A stretch of 64,000 bases of DNA, taken from the NCBI GenBank assembly GCA_963786105.1, contig CAWAXX010000008.1, forward strand, positions 1 to 64,000, read 5' to 3'. Within the stretch, counting starts at the first letter, position 1, and each line of letters opens with the position of its first letter. The DNA comes from Vulcanimicrobiota bacterium (GTDB lineage Bacteria; Vulcanimicrobiota; Vulcanimicrobiia; Vulcanimicrobiales; Vulcanimicrobiaceae). Shown piece by piece: positions 1 through 10,348 of this stretch. The notes under the pieces are model-generated. The model saw only the letters and a list, made by a program, of their open reading frames with translations, did no database searches and had not been told where the DNA came from. Both the position numbers and the translations under genes were made by a program.

Positions 1-237
1 CTAGCGATCTGATAGATCCAGGTCGAGAAATTTTCCAAGCTGGGGATTGAACGTCCCCAAATGCGCGTAGGCGCGCAAAAACGTCTCCTGCGAGAGGTCG
101 GCTACGTCCGAACCGTCGCGCAGACTCGCGCCGATGAAGTTCGCAATTCCGCGCCTATAGCGCTCGACCAGCACTCCGAATAGCTCCCTTTCCCCCTCGC
201 GTACGCGTGAGATGACCTCTTCATCCGTCAAAGGCAC
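1..237 (-). CDS. ECF-type RNA polymerase sigma factor, N-terminal part (runs off the window; apparent +1 frameshift near 28-34)
   Basis: Region-2 motifs (F..LVERY, DLSQETFLRAY). Removing one base near position 30 converts GKFLDLDLSDR* into the canonical GKFSTWIYQIA. Confidence 0.85.
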   Translation of the reverse strand: MPLTDEEVISRVREGERELFGVLVERYRRGIANFIGASLRDGSDVADLSQETFLRAYAHLGTFNPQLGKFLDLDLSDR

Positions 238-244
238 GTGTCTC

Positions 245-835
245 TTAGTCGAGGTGTACCCGGGAGCATCCGCCTTTGTTACGGGCGCGCACGGCTCGAT
301 CCAGCAGGCCGAGCGATCGGGCGGTTGGACTCGCGGCGTCTTTCGGCGACAGGACCGCGTCGGTGGCGCCCACCGGCCAGGCGATGGCGAGGTCGGGGTC
401 GTCCCAGCGGACGCCGAACTCGGTCGCCGGGTCGTAGAGGGCGCTTTGTTTGTAAAGGAAGATCACGTCGTCGGAGAGGGCGAGAAATCCGTGCAGGCAG
501 CCTGCCGGCACGTACATCTGGCGATGTTCGCCGGCGCGCAAGGTCTCGGCGTGCCATCGTCCCCGCGTGGGGCTGCCGGGCCGAACGTCGGCGATCACGT
601 CGTAGGCCTCCCCGGAGAGCACGCTGACGAGTTTGCTCATCCGGAAGTCGCCGTGCAATCCGCGCACCACGTTCCGGCGCGAAAACGAAACGTTGTCCTG
701 AACGAAATCGTCGGAAATTCCGGCGGCCCGATAGCGCGCCGAAGAGTAGCTTTCCTTGAAGTATCCGCGGGTATCGGTGAATGCGGGCAGCGAGAGCAGC
801 ATCGCCCCCGCCAGCGGGAGTTCTTCGACGTGCAT
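245..835 (-). CDS. rfbC: dTDP-4-dehydrorhamnose 3,5-epimerase
   Basis: Motifs D.RGYFKES, FVQDN.SFS, RGLH, VPAGCLHGF, WDDPDLAI.WP, LSPKD; ATG at 835 chosen as start. Confidence 0.93.
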   Translation of the reverse strand: MHVEELPLAGAMLLSLPAFTDTRGYFKESYSSARYRAAGISDDFVQDNVSFSRRNVVRGLHGDFRMSKLVSVLSGEAYDVIADVRPGSPTRGRWHAETLRAGEHRQMYVPAGCLHGFLALSDDVIFLYKQSALYDPATEFGVRWDDPDLAIAWPVGATDAVLSPKDAASPTARSLGLLDRAVRARNKGGCSRVHLD

Positions 836-1011
836 GGCGAGCCGGTTCAAGAGGCGCCAGGCCGAGCCTTCCGAAGGCCCACGCTCGCGCAGCTTTCAAT
901 GAAAAGGGATTCGGGTCACCGTTCCTCGTAGGGCCGGATGACATGCATCGGTCGTGCCGTCCTACCGCGGGAGCGGCCTATTTACCACGCATCGCCGGGA
1001 GTTCGTAGCAG

Positions 1012-2316
1012 ATGGCCTCCGTTTCGGCGCTGATCGATCGCGGCATCGCCCGGCTGCAGGGCAACATCATGGTGCGCCAAGGGGTGCTGGTGTTCGCCGC
1101 GACCATGGTGCTGAATTTGGGCGGCTTTGCCTTTCATGCGGTCGCCAGCCGCCGCATCGGCGTCGACGACTACGGCATCCTCTACGCGCTGATTTCGATG
1201 AGTACCATCCTCGCGGTTCCGGCCAACCTGGCTGCCCCGGTCATCGCGCGCTTTGCCGCCGAGTTTCGGGTGCTTCACGACGACCGGCACATTCGCCGCC
1301 TGATTCTCGACATCGTGCGGTTCTTCGGGCTTCTCGGGCTCGGCTACCTTATCGTTTCGGCGTTCCTCATGCGATCGGCCGGCTCGTTTTTGCACGCGCC
1401 CGTGTGGCCGGCGCCGCTGGTCGCGCTGATCGGCGGAACGATGCTGCTGAGCCTGGTACTGCGAGCGATCGCCCAAGGCACCCAAGATTTTGCCGGGTTC
1501 GCGCGCTCGTGCGTTGCCGACGGCGTCGCTAAAGTCGTGGGGGTCGTGCTGTTCACGATGCTCGGACTCTCGCTGTTCGGGGGTATCCTGGGATTTTTCT
1601 GCGGGGCCTTGGGGGGCGCCGTCGCCATGGCGATGACGCTCTTTGCGCGCTACCGCAGCGTGGAACACTGCACGATCCGCTACGATTGGCGGCGTATCGC
1701 GGTCAGCGGCGTCGGGTCGGCGGCGATTACGTTGGCGGGCGCGCTCATCGGGTCGGCTGACGTGATTCTGGTCAAACACTTTTTCGATGCCGACCAAGCC
1801 GGCATCTACTCGGCGGCGTCGCTGGCCGGGAAAGTGCTGCTCTACTTCGTGGGGTTCGTTCCGACCGTCCTCTTGCCGCAGGCGACCGAACGACACGTGC
1901 GGGGTGAGAGCACGCGTCATGCGTTGGTCATGTGCGTCGGAATTTTGTTCGGGATTTCGGTGGTCGGGTTGATCGCCGTAAAGTTCTTTGGAATCGTCCT
2001 CTTGCACGCGCTCGTTGGCCACGCATTCGATGGTGCCGAACCGCTGCTGCTGCCGTATAGCGTGGCGATGATGTTTTTGGCACTGAGCAGCGTGCTGGGT
2101 TCGTACGGGATCGCCACCCACCGCATCGCGTTTGCCGCGCCGCTGCTGATCGGTGTCGTGGGGACCCTGTCGGCCGTCGTCTACGCGCACGCTTCGCTCG
2201 AACAAGTGGTTCACGTCGTCGCGGCGGGGAATGCGATCACCGCGGTAGCGGTGGCATGCGGCCTCGGGTGGCAGGCGTTGCGCGGGAGACCTTCCACTCC
2301 CGTGCCGCTGCCGTGA
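1012..2316 (+). CDS. Polysaccharide/oligosaccharide flippase (Wzx/MOP family)
   Basis: About 12 hydrophobic segments, DYG.L and D.ILVKHFF...AGIYSAA motifs; next to nucleotide-sugar genes. Confidence 0.8.
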   Translation: MASVSALIDRGIARLQGNIMVRQGVLVFAATMVLNLGGFAFHAVASRRIGVDDYGILYALISMSTILAVPANLAAPVIARFAAEFRVLHDDRHIRRLILDIVRFFGLLGLGYLIVSAFLMRSAGSFLHAPVWPAPLVALIGGTMLLSLVLRAIAQGTQDFAGFARSCVADGVAKVVGVVLFTMLGLSLFGGILGFFCGALGGAVAMAMTLFARYRSVEHCTIRYDWRRIAVSGVGSAAITLAGALIGSADVILVKHFFDADQAGIYSAASLAGKVLLYFVGFVPTVLLPQATERHVRGESTRHALVMCVGILFGISVVGLIAVKFFGIVLLHALVGHAFDGAEPLLLPYSVAMMFLALSSVLGSYGIATHRIAFAAPLLIGVVGTLSAVVYAHASLEQVVHVVAAGNAITAVAVACGLGWQALRGRPSTPVPLP

Positions 2317-3188
2317 GTCGCGTATTGTTGATCGGCGGTTCCGGACAACTCGGCACCGAGATCCGCCGAACGTGGACCGGTTGCGATATTACGGCGCCGC
2401 CGCACCGTGAGGTGGATCTCGAAGATACCGAAGCGCTGGCGGCCACCGTCGCGCGAATCGAACCGAGCGCGGTCGTGAACTGCGCGGCCTTTCATAACGT
2501 CGACCGGTGCGAAGCCGAACCGGAGCGCGCGCTGGCCGTCAACGCGTTGGCGGTCGCACGGGCCGCCCGCGCGTGCCACGATCGCAACGTCCTCTTCGTT
2601 ACCGTGAGCAGCGACTACGTTTTCGACGGTGCTTCGACGCGACCGTACGTCGAAGACGATCCGGTTCATCCGATCTCCGCGTACGGGGTCTCGAAGCTGG
2701 CCGGCGAGTTGCTCGTCGAAGCCGCTGGCTCGCGCGCGCTGGTGGTGCGCACGTGCGGCGTTTACGGGCTGCGCCCATCTGCAGGCAAGGGGTACACGTT
2801 CGTCGATCGCGTGATCGCGCAGGCTCGCGCAAACGAGCCTCTGCGGATCGTGAGCGACGTATCGGCGTCGCCGACCTTTGCCGGGCATCTGGCGGAGGCC
2901 CTGGGCGCGCTGCTCGACGCAGGGGCAACCGGCCTGTACCACGCGGCGAACGCCGGGCCGGTTAGCTGGTACGATTTCGCCTGCGAGGCGATACGGCAAG
3001 CCGGAATCGACTATGCGGTCGAGCCGATCTCCGCCCGGGAATGGAAAATGGTTGCCCGCCGGCCCGCTTTTTCTGCGTTGGATAGCGGTAAGCTGCGGGC
3101 GCTCGGCTTCGAAATGCCCTCGTGGCGTCAAGGCATTTCGGCGTATTTGAGCCTTTCGCAGTCGAGCCAGGCCCCCGAAAAGCCGTAA
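2313..3188 (+). CDS. rfbD: dTDP-4-dehydrorhamnose reductase
   Basis: GGSGQLG, NCAA, SSDYVFDG, YGVSKLAGE, RPAFSALD motifs; GTG start overlaps the flippase stop (GTGA). Confidence 0.93.
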   Translation: MSRVLLIGGSGQLGTEIRRTWTGCDITAPPHREVDLEDTEALAATVARIEPSAVVNCAAFHNVDRCEAEPERALAVNALAVARAARACHDRNVLFVTVSSDYVFDGASTRPYVEDDPVHPISAYGVSKLAGELLVEAAGSRALVVRTCGVYGLRPSAGKGYTFVDRVIAQARANEPLRIVSDVSASPTFAGHLAEALGALLDAGATGLYHAANAGPVSWYDFACEAIRQAGIDYAVEPISAREWKMVARRPAFSALDSGKLRALGFEMPSWRQGISAYLSLSQSSQAPEKP

Positions 3189-3203
3189 GATAAACATTCC
3201 ATC

Positions 3204-4757
3204 GTGCAATTACGGATCGATCGCGCCGCCGTCGACCGCTGCCGGGCATTGGCGACCGCCATTGCCGGGCCGGTCCAGGAGTTCATTGCCGCGCACTCGA
3301 CCGTGTCGGTCGAACGCGCCGTGCTGCGCCTCCTTGGCGTCGACGGCGTCGGGCTCGACGACGTCCCGATTCCGAACCTGATCGTCGACGCGCTCTCCGA
3401 ACCTGAGCGCCGGCGCGGTGCGGCCCTGGCGTTCGGGCGGGGAGTCGCCGAGACCGGGCTCGACCCGGCCGTGCTGGGCGAAGCGATTGCGGTCGGGCGG
3501 TACGCGCCGTCCGACTTTGGCGACGTGCCCGACGCGGCCGCTATGGGCGCTTTGCGCCCGCACGTCGATGCAGCACTCGTGCACCTGCGCGCCCGCCGCG
3601 ACGAGCGCCAAACGATGCTGACGCGCTTGCCGCAACTCCCGCCGCCGCTGCTGTACGTCATCGTCGCGAGCGGCAACATCTACGAAGATCGCGCCGCGGC
3701 CGTCGCGGCGGCGGAGGCCGGAGCCCAAATCATTGCCGTCATCCGCTCCACCGGCCAGTCGTTGCTCGACTTCGTTCCGTTCGGGCCGACCACCGAAGGT
3801 TTCGGCGGAACGTATGCGACCCAGGCCAACTTCCGCATCGTGCGCGCGGCGCTCGACGAAGCGTCCGAAAAGCTCGGCCGGTACGTCATGCTGACGAACT
3901 ATGCGAGCGGTTTGTGCATGCCGGAGATCGCCGCGATGGCGGCGATCGAGCGGCTCGACATGCTGCTCAACGACTCCATGTACGGCATCCTCTTCCGCGA
4001 CATCAACATGAAGCGGACGTTCGTCGACCAGCATTTCAGCCGCATGCTCAACGCCTACTCCGGCATCGTCATCAATACCGGAGAGGACAACTATCTCACG
4101 ACGGCCGACGCCGTCGAGCAAGCACCGGCCGTGCTCGCGTCGCAATTCATCAACGAGGAGTTCGCGCATCGCGCCGGCATGCCCGAAGCGCAGATCGGTC
4201 TCGGCGACGCGTACGAGATTGACCCCGGGCTCGAAGACGGATTTCTCTTCCAGGTCGCGCAAGCGCAGCTCGCGCGCCAGATCTTCCCGAACGCGCCGTT
4301 GAAATACATGCCGCCCACCAAGCATATGACCGGCGATATCTTCAAGGGTCACCTCATCGACGCGCTCTTCAATTTGACGTCGGTGATGACCGGTCAAACG
4401 ATCCACTTGTGCGGAATGCTCACCGAAGCGATCCACACCCCGTTTCTGGCCGACCGCGCGCTTTCGCTCGAAAATGCGCGCTACATCATGAACACCGCCC
4501 GTCATTTCGGCGACGAAATCGCGCTGCGACCGGGGGGCAAGATCGAGCGGCGAGCGCACGACGTGCTCGCCGGCTGCGAAGATCTCTTGAATCGCGTCGC
4601 CTCAATGGGTTTGATGCCGGCCATCGACGCGGCGCTCTTCGCCGACGTTAAGCGTTCGCCCGACGGCGGACGGGGATTCGACGGAGTGTTTTCGCGGGCG
4701 GCCGATTACGTCAACCCGTTCGAGGTCGCGCTTGGGCGCGAACCGGTTACGGTATGA
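3204..4757 (+). CDS. kamD: Lysine 5,6-aminomutase alpha subunit
   Basis: YVIVASGNIYED, AVIRSTGQSLLD, EGFGGTYATQ.NF, NYASGLCMPEI, INTGEDNYLTT, KYMPPTK motifs. Confidence 0.93.
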   Translation: MQLRIDRAAVDRCRALATAIAGPVQEFIAAHSTVSVERAVLRLLGVDGVGLDDVPIPNLIVDALSEPERRRGAALAFGRGVAETGLDPAVLGEAIAVGRYAPSDFGDVPDAAAMGALRPHVDAALVHLRARRDERQTMLTRLPQLPPPLLYVIVASGNIYEDRAAAVAAAEAGAQIIAVIRSTGQSLLDFVPFGPTTEGFGGTYATQANFRIVRAALDEASEKLGRYVMLTNYASGLCMPEIAAMAAIERLDMLLNDSMYGILFRDINMKRTFVDQHFSRMLNAYSGIVINTGEDNYLTTADAVEQAPAVLASQFINEEFAHRAGMPEAQIGLGDAYEIDPGLEDGFLFQVAQAQLARQIFPNAPLKYMPPTKHMTGDIFKGHLIDALFNLTSVMTGQTIHLCGMLTEAIHTPFLADRALSLENARYIMNTARHFGDEIALRPGGKIERRAHDVLAGCEDLLNRVASMGLMPAIDAALFADVKRSPDGGRGFDGVFSRAADYVNPFEVALGREPVTV

Positions 4758-5503
4758 CCGGTCGGCTCGTCAAACCCTACGGCGACACCATGAACGACGG
4801 CAAAGTGCAGATGTCGTTTACGCTTCCCGTGGAGTGGAGCGAAACGGCCGACGAAGCGGCACGCCAGTTGGTGGGTAAAATGGGCTTTCGCGACGTGCAG
4901 GTCGTCGAAGGGCGTCCGATCGCGGGGGGCTTTTCCTTTTTCGTCGTTTATGCCAGCACGCCGCAGGGCGTCGATCTCGAAACGATTCACGCACCCTCGG
5001 TGCGCGCACACGCCATGACGATGGAAGAAGTCGACGAGTTCGCTTCGGAACGTATCGGCCGAAAGATTCGAGTGGCGGGAGCGTGCATCGGTACCGACGC
5101 GCACACCGTCGGCATCGATGCGATTCTCAACATGAAGGGGTACAAGGGTGACTACGGTCTGGAGCGCTACCACTCGTTCGAGACGTACAATCTCGGGAGT
5201 CAAGTCGCGCCGGAGGACCTCGTCGCTTTCACCAAAGAGCACTCCATCGACGCGATCTTGGCATCGCAAGTCGTGACCCAAAAGGGCAGCGACCTCAAGA
5301 ACTTTACCGAATTGGTCGAGTTGCTGGAAGCCGAAGGCCTTCGTGACCGGCTAGTACTCGTCTGCGGCGGACCGCGCGTCACCAACCTGATGGCGAGCGA
5401 GCTCGGCTACGATGCGGGCTTCGGCCGCGGAACGCTGCCGAGCGAAGTCGCGGCGTTCATTGCCGTAACGCTCGCGCATCGCCTACGCCCGGTAGCGCTC
5501 TGA
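4754..5503 (+). CDS. kamE: Lysine 5,6-aminomutase beta (cobalamin-binding) subunit
   Basis: KPYGDT.NDGKVQ.SFTLP N-terminus, DAHTVG B12-binding motif, MKGY PLP lysine; ATGA overlap with kamD. Confidence 0.93.
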   Translation: MTGRLVKPYGDTMNDGKVQMSFTLPVEWSETADEAARQLVGKMGFRDVQVVEGRPIAGGFSFFVVYASTPQGVDLETIHAPSVRAHAMTMEEVDEFASERIGRKIRVAGACIGTDAHTVGIDAILNMKGYKGDYGLERYHSFETYNLGSQVAPEDLVAFTKEHSIDAILASQVVTQKGSDLKNFTELVELLEAEGLRDRLVLVCGGPRVTNLMASELGYDAGFGRGTLPSEVAAFIAVTLAHRLRPVAL

Positions 5504-5547
5504 GCGCAGCGATAAATATAAACTCTCGACCCAATTCTGGAGATAGC

Positions 5548-6525
5548 TTGAAAAAGACTGCACTCATTACGGGCATCACCGGCCAGGACGGATCCTACCT
5601 GGCCGAGCTCCTGTTAGAAAAGGGCTACCGCGTCGTGGGGATGACGCGACGCACCAGCACCGAGGTGCACGAACGGATCGAACACATCGTCGACGACATC
5701 GAAATCGTCTCGGGAGATCTGCTCGATCAGACGTCGATGACGTCGATCGTCAGCGACGTTCGCCCGGACGAATTCTACAATCTCGCAGCGCAGTCGTTCG
5801 TGCCGACCTCGTGGAACCAACCGGTTCTCACCGGAGAGTTTACGGCGCTGGGCGTTACGCGCGCGCTGGAGGCCATTCGCCATGTCGACCAATCGATTCG
5901 CTTCTATCAGGCCTCGAGCTCCGAGATGTTCGGGAAAGTCGTCGAGGTGCCGCAAACCGAAACGACGCCGTTTTATCCGCGTAGCCCGTACGGGGTCGCC
6001 AAGGTTTACGGCCACTGGATTACCGTCAACTATCGCGAGTCGTACGACATGTACGCGTGCAGCGGGATGCTGTTCAACCACGAATCGGCGCGGCGCGGCA
6101 AGGAGTTCGTGACGCGAAAAATCTCCGACGGCGTCGCGCGCATCAAGTTGGGCTTAGCCGGCAAGCTTCATCTCGGGAACCTGGACGCACAACGCGATTG
6201 GGGTTACGCCGGCGATTACGTGCGCGCCATGTGGCTCATGCTGCAGGGCGACGAACCCGACGACTACGTGATCGCGACCGGGCGCACGCATAGCGTGCGC
6301 GATTTCGTGCGCATCGCCTTCGACGTAGCGGGGCTCGGGTCGTACGAACCGTACGTCGTCACCGACGCGCGCTTCGTGCGGCCGGCGGAAGTCGACATGC
6401 TCATCGGCGATGCGAGCAAAGCCCGCCGCCAGCTCGGCTGGGTTCCGGAGGTCACGTTCGAGCAGCTGGTGGCGATGATGGTCAAGGCCGACGTCGATCG
6501 CCTCAGCGATCGTGCGCCGGCGTAA
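5548..6525 (+). CDS. gmd: GDP-mannose 4,6-dehydratase
   Basis: [60 protein letters not shown]. Confidence 0.96.
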   Translation: MKKTALITGITGQDGSYLAELLLEKGYRVVGMTRRTSTEVHERIEHIVDDIEIVSGDLLDQTSMTSIVSDVRPDEFYNLAAQSFVPTSWNQPVLTGEFTALGVTRALEAIRHVDQSIRFYQASSSEMFGKVVEVPQTETTPFYPRSPYGVAKVYGHWITVNYRESYDMYACSGMLFNHESARRGKEFVTRKISDGVARIKLGLAGKLHLGNLDAQRDWGYAGDYVRAMWLMLQGDEPDDYVIATGRTHSVRDFVRIAFDVAGLGSYEPYVVTDARFVRPAEVDMLIGDASKARRQLGWVPEVTFEQLVAMMVKADVDRLSDRAPA

Positions 6526-6538
6526 CGACGGCGGCGGC

Positions 6539-7474
6539 GTGCGGGCGTTGGTGACCGGGGCGAGCGGGTTCGTCGGGCGTTACCTGGTCGAGGCGTTGCG
6601 TCGCGAGGGCGCGGAGATCGTCGCTTGCGGTGGTCCCAACGAGAAAACCGGACTCCTGCCCCTCGATTTGGCCGACTTGGCTTCGATTCGAGCCGCGCTC
6701 GATATCGCGCGCCCCGAGTTCGTTTTTCATCTTGCCGCGCAAACGTTCGTTCCGGAATCCTTTGCATCGCCGTCGGCAACCTACGAAACCAACGCAATCG
6801 GAACCGCACGCCTGACGCAGGCGGTGCGCGACTACGGGCGCTCGGGAGAGCCGATGCCGCGTATCGTGTTCACCAGTTCGGCCGAAGTCTATGGACGCCG
6901 CGAAGCAGCCGACTTCCCATTGCGCGAGACGCTCGCACTGCGCCCGGCGACGCCATATGCCGCCAGCAAAGCCGCCGCCGAAGCGATCCTCTTCGCGGAA
7001 GCGCGCGCGTTCGCTCTCGACGTCGTTGTGGCGCGGGCGTTCAACCACATCGGACCGGGGCAAAGCGATCGGTTCGTGGTGCCCTCTTTGGCGCACCAAC
7101 TTGCCGCGATCGCCGCAGGCGGCGCTCCTCTGCTGCTGGTCGGCAATCTCAATGCGGCGCGCGACTTTCTCGACGTCCGCGACGTCGTTGCCGCCTATCT
7201 GTCGCTGGCGCGCGAGGGCGAATCCGGTCAAGCGTACAACGTTTGCAGCGGCGCCGCCGTTAAAGTGCGCGATCTGTTGCGCGAGTTGATTGCGATTGCC
7301 GGCGTGCCGGTGGAGGTGCGCGAAGATCCGCAGCGCATGCGCCCGCTCGACGTGCCGCTGTTCGTTGGAAGCGCGGAGAAGCTTCACGCTCGCACGGGGT
7401 GGGTGCCGGCGATCCCGCTCGCGCGCTCGCTGCGCGAAATCTACGAAGCGGCGACGAGAAGGGAGGCTCCCTAG
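6539..7474 (+). CDS. Extended SDR, GDP-4-keto-6-deoxy-D-mannose reductase (Rmd)-like
   Basis: VTGASGFVG, HLAAQ, SSAEVYG, PYAASK, FNHIGPGQ, VGNL.A.RDFLDVRD; directly follows gmd. Confidence 0.78.
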   Translation: MRALVTGASGFVGRYLVEALRREGAEIVACGGPNEKTGLLPLDLADLASIRAALDIARPEFVFHLAAQTFVPESFASPSATYETNAIGTARLTQAVRDYGRSGEPMPRIVFTSSAEVYGRREAADFPLRETLALRPATPYAASKAAAEAILFAEARAFALDVVVARAFNHIGPGQSDRFVVPSLAHQLAAIAAGGAPLLLVGNLNAARDFLDVRDVVAAYLSLAREGESGQAYNVCSGAAVKVRDLLRELIAIAGVPVEVREDPQRMRPLDVPLFVGSAEKLHARTGWVPAIPLARSLREIYEAATRREAP

Positions 7475-8070
7475 TGTCCGAGCCGGTCGACGAGGTCCAA
7501 GCCTTCGTTTTTAGAAACCGCGGCGCGCTGCTGGCGATTCCGGCCGTGGCGCTGGCGGCTTTCGGAAAACCCAGCGCGTTGAGCGTGACCCTCGGCTTGC
7601 CTATGGCGATCGCCGGCGAACTCGTTCGGTGCTGGGCGGTCGGCTACTCCGGCGTTAGTACGCGCGGCGACGTCGTCAGCGCGCCGGAGCTGGTAACCGC
7701 CGGGCCGTACGCTTACGTTCGCAATCCGCTCTACGCGGGCAACTTCCTGACCGCATTGGGCTTCGCGATCGCGTTCACCGGAAGGAACTCGCCGGGGGCG
7801 CGAGCGGCGCTGATCGCCGGCTCGCTGGCCGCCATGACAGGCGTTTATTCCACCATCGTCCCACACGAAGAGCGCTTTCTTCACTCGCAATTCGGCGAGG
7901 CGTTCGAGCGATATTGCGAACGCGTTCCGCCGGTGATTCCGCAGCTCGAGCCGATGCCGAACGGCACCGGCGTGTGGCGACCCTCCGTCATCAAGGAAGC
8001 GGAAAGCAAGACCTTCCTGACGTTCGGCGCGATGCTTGCGGCCCTCGCGCTCAAAGCGTTCAAAGTCTAG
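7474..8070 (+). CDS. Isoprenylcysteine carboxyl methyltransferase / PEMT family membrane methyltransferase
   Basis: LVTAGPYAYVRNPLY and EE.FL...FG..FE.YC.RVP motifs. Confidence 0.85.
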   Translation: MSEPVDEVQAFVFRNRGALLAIPAVALAAFGKPSALSVTLGLPMAIAGELVRCWAVGYSGVSTRGDVVSAPELVTAGPYAYVRNPLYAGNFLTALGFAIAFTGRNSPGARAALIAGSLAAMTGVYSTIVPHEERFLHSQFGEAFERYCERVPPVIPQLEPMPNGTGVWRPSVIKEAESKTFLTFGAMLAALALKAFKV

Positions 8071-8076
8071 AAGTCA

Positions 8077-8940
8077 GTGACGACGCAGCGCGGTTTAACG
8101 TTTGCGCTCGTCGCGACGGCCTTCGTCGCGGCGTTGGAGTTTTGGGGCGGCGTGCGCTCGCACAGCTTGGCACTGACCAGCGATGCGGTGCACGTGTGCA
8201 TGGATCTTTTTGCCTTGGGACTCGCGCTCGTCGCGGCTGCCGGCGCGGCGCGTCCGGCCGATCCGCGACGTACCTTCGGATACGGTCGCATCGAAGTACT
8301 CGGCGCGCTCGTGAACGGAACGCTATTGACGGTCGCTACCATCGTCATTGCGTATACGGCGGTTCGCCGGTTCACCGCCCCCGTCGAGCCACACGCACTC
8401 ACCATGGCCGTGGTCGCCGCCATCGGACTCGCGCTCAACGTTTGCGTCGGCTTGGTGCTGCATCGTCAGAGCCGGAGCGACTTGAACGTGCGCGCGGCAC
8501 TCTTTCACGTTCTGGGAGATGCTCTCGGAGCGGCGGCGGTCATCGCCGGCGGCATTGCGATCGCGCTCACCGGCCTCGCTTGGATCGATCCAGCGCTGTC
8601 GCTTTTCGTCGCGGCGATCATCGTCGTCGGCGTGTTTCGCGTGATGCGCGACGCCACCAACGTTCTGCTCGAAAGCATGCCCGGCGACGTCGACGCCGTC
8701 AGTCTCGTCGACCATCTCGAAAAAATCGCCGGCATCTCGGGAGTTCACGATCTCCACGTGTGGTCGATCGGCAGCGGATCGCACGCACTTTCGGCGCACG
8801 TGCTGCTCGAAGACCGGCGCTTGAGCGAAGCAACCGACGTTCTGCGGGAAATTGACCAATGTCTTCAGGTTCATTTCGGTATCACGCACGTCACCATACA
8901 GTTCGAATGCGACAACTGTCCGGTCGTCGTGCGCCACTAG
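8077..8940 (+). CDS. Cation diffusion facilitator (CzcD/ZitB-like) metal transporter
   Basis: SLAL.SDAVH...D, TFGYGR.E, N.RAA..HV.GD, VHDLHVW, HVTIQ.E motifs. Confidence 0.92.
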   Translation: MTTQRGLTFALVATAFVAALEFWGGVRSHSLALTSDAVHVCMDLFALGLALVAAAGAARPADPRRTFGYGRIEVLGALVNGTLLTVATIVIAYTAVRRFTAPVEPHALTMAVVAAIGLALNVCVGLVLHRQSRSDLNVRAALFHVLGDALGAAAVIAGGIAIALTGLAWIDPALSLFVAAIIVVGVFRVMRDATNVLLESMPGDVDAVSLVDHLEKIAGISGVHDLHVWSIGSGSHALSAHVLLEDRRLSEATDVLREIDQCLQVHFGITHVTIQFECDNCPVVVRH

Positions 8941-8975
8941 GGGTGCGTATGGCGGCAGGCGAAGGCAATCCGGCT

Positions 8976-10319
8976 ATGACTTCAACGAATTCCAAGACCG
9001 TCGTTCTTTCGATGGCCCGCACGCCTTTCGGCAAGCTCGGCGGGGGCCTCGCCCCGCTCAATGCGACCACCCTCGGCGCCGTCGCCCTCGTCGGTGCCAT
9101 CGAGCGCGCGAAGATCGATCCGACCGAAATCGAACACGCCATCTTCGGCGAGGTGCTGCAAGCCGGCGTCGGCCAAAATCCCGCTCGGCAGGTGATCTTC
9201 AAAGCCGGTTTGGCTAAAACCGTCACGGCCGATACGGTGAACAAGGTTTGCGCGTCGGGCCTGCTCGCCGTCGTCAATGCGATGCGATCGATTAACGCGG
9301 GCGCCAACGCCGTCGTCGCGGCCGGCGGGATGGAGTCGATGTCGAATGCGCCGTACCTCTTGCGCGACGCCCGCTGGGGCTATCGTTTCGGCGACGGCGC
9401 GCTTGTCGACGCGATGATTTACGACGGCTTATGGGATCAGTATTTTCCGATGACCATGGCGACGCAGGGTAGTAAGGTCGCGTCCGAGTTAGGTCTGACG
9501 CGCGCAGAGCAGGATCGCTTTGCGCTCGCGAGCCATCATCGCAGTGCCGCGACGCATGCTGCCGGCGATTACGCCGACGAAATCGTGCCGGTAAAGGTCG
9601 CGACCAAAGCCAAGGGAAAGGTCGTCGTCTCGCAGCTGCCGCGGCGCGGCCAAGTGCGCGTTCCGGCCGCGGTCGGCGGTGCCGGAAGCCGCATATGGGA
9701 TCACGAACCGTCCGCCACGTTCACGCTCGACTACGCGAAGTACGCTCCGTTCGTCGCCGGTGACGAACCGGCGACGTTGGTCGATCGCGACGAAGCCGTA
9801 CGTGCCGATGCCAGTATCGAAACCATGAGCAAGCTGCGTCCGCTGGAAAAGGACGGTACGATCACCGCCGGCAACGCTCCGGGCGTCAACGACGGTGCGG
9901 CCGCCATGATCCTCGCCGACGCGGAGTACGCCGCACACCACGGGTACGAAGCACTCGCAACGATCGTCGATCACGCGACCGTCGCTTGGGACTCGCCGTA
10001 CATCTGTCTGACCCCGGCGATGGCGGCCCAGAAACTGCTCGATCGCGTCGGCCTGACGCGCGGCGACATCGCCGTTTGGGAGATCAACGAGGCCTTTTCG
10101 GCGGTCGCCATCGCGTCGGCGCGAAATCTTGGGCTCGACGAATCCGCGATCAATCTCTACGGCGGCGCGGTGGCGATGGGACATCCCATCGGAGCATCGG
10201 GCACGCGGCTGGTCGGAACGGTGATCAACCAGCTGCGCAAGCGGGGCGGCGGATTCGGGATCGCGTCGATTTGCTCGGGTGGCGGTCAGGGCGACGCGCT
10301 CCTCGTGCGGGTCGGCTGA
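8976..10319 (+). CDS. Acetyl-CoA C-acetyltransferase (thiolase) with an internal insertion
   Basis: RTPFG, NKVCASG, GGMESMS, EINEAF, GHPIGASG, ICSGGGQG motifs. Confidence 0.93.
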   Translation: MTSTNSKTVVLSMARTPFGKLGGGLAPLNATTLGAVALVGAIERAKIDPTEIEHAIFGEVLQAGVGQNPARQVIFKAGLAKTVTADTVNKVCASGLLAVVNAMRSINAGANAVVAAGGMESMSNAPYLLRDARWGYRFGDGALVDAMIYDGLWDQYFPMTMATQGSKVASELGLTRAEQDRFALASHHRSAATHAAGDYADEIVPVKVATKAKGKVVVSQLPRRGQVRVPAAVGGAGSRIWDHEPSATFTLDYAKYAPFVAGDEPATLVDRDEAVRADASIETMSKLRPLEKDGTITAGNAPGVNDGAAAMILADAEYAAHHGYEALATIVDHATVAWDSPYICLTPAMAAQKLLDRVGLTRGDIAVWEINEAFSAVAIASARNLGLDESAINLYGGAVAMGHPIGASGTRLVGTVINQLRKRGGGFGIASICSGGGQGDALLVRVG

Positions 10320-10348
10320 TCGTCGCGCAAGCTGAAAATGACGTTGCC

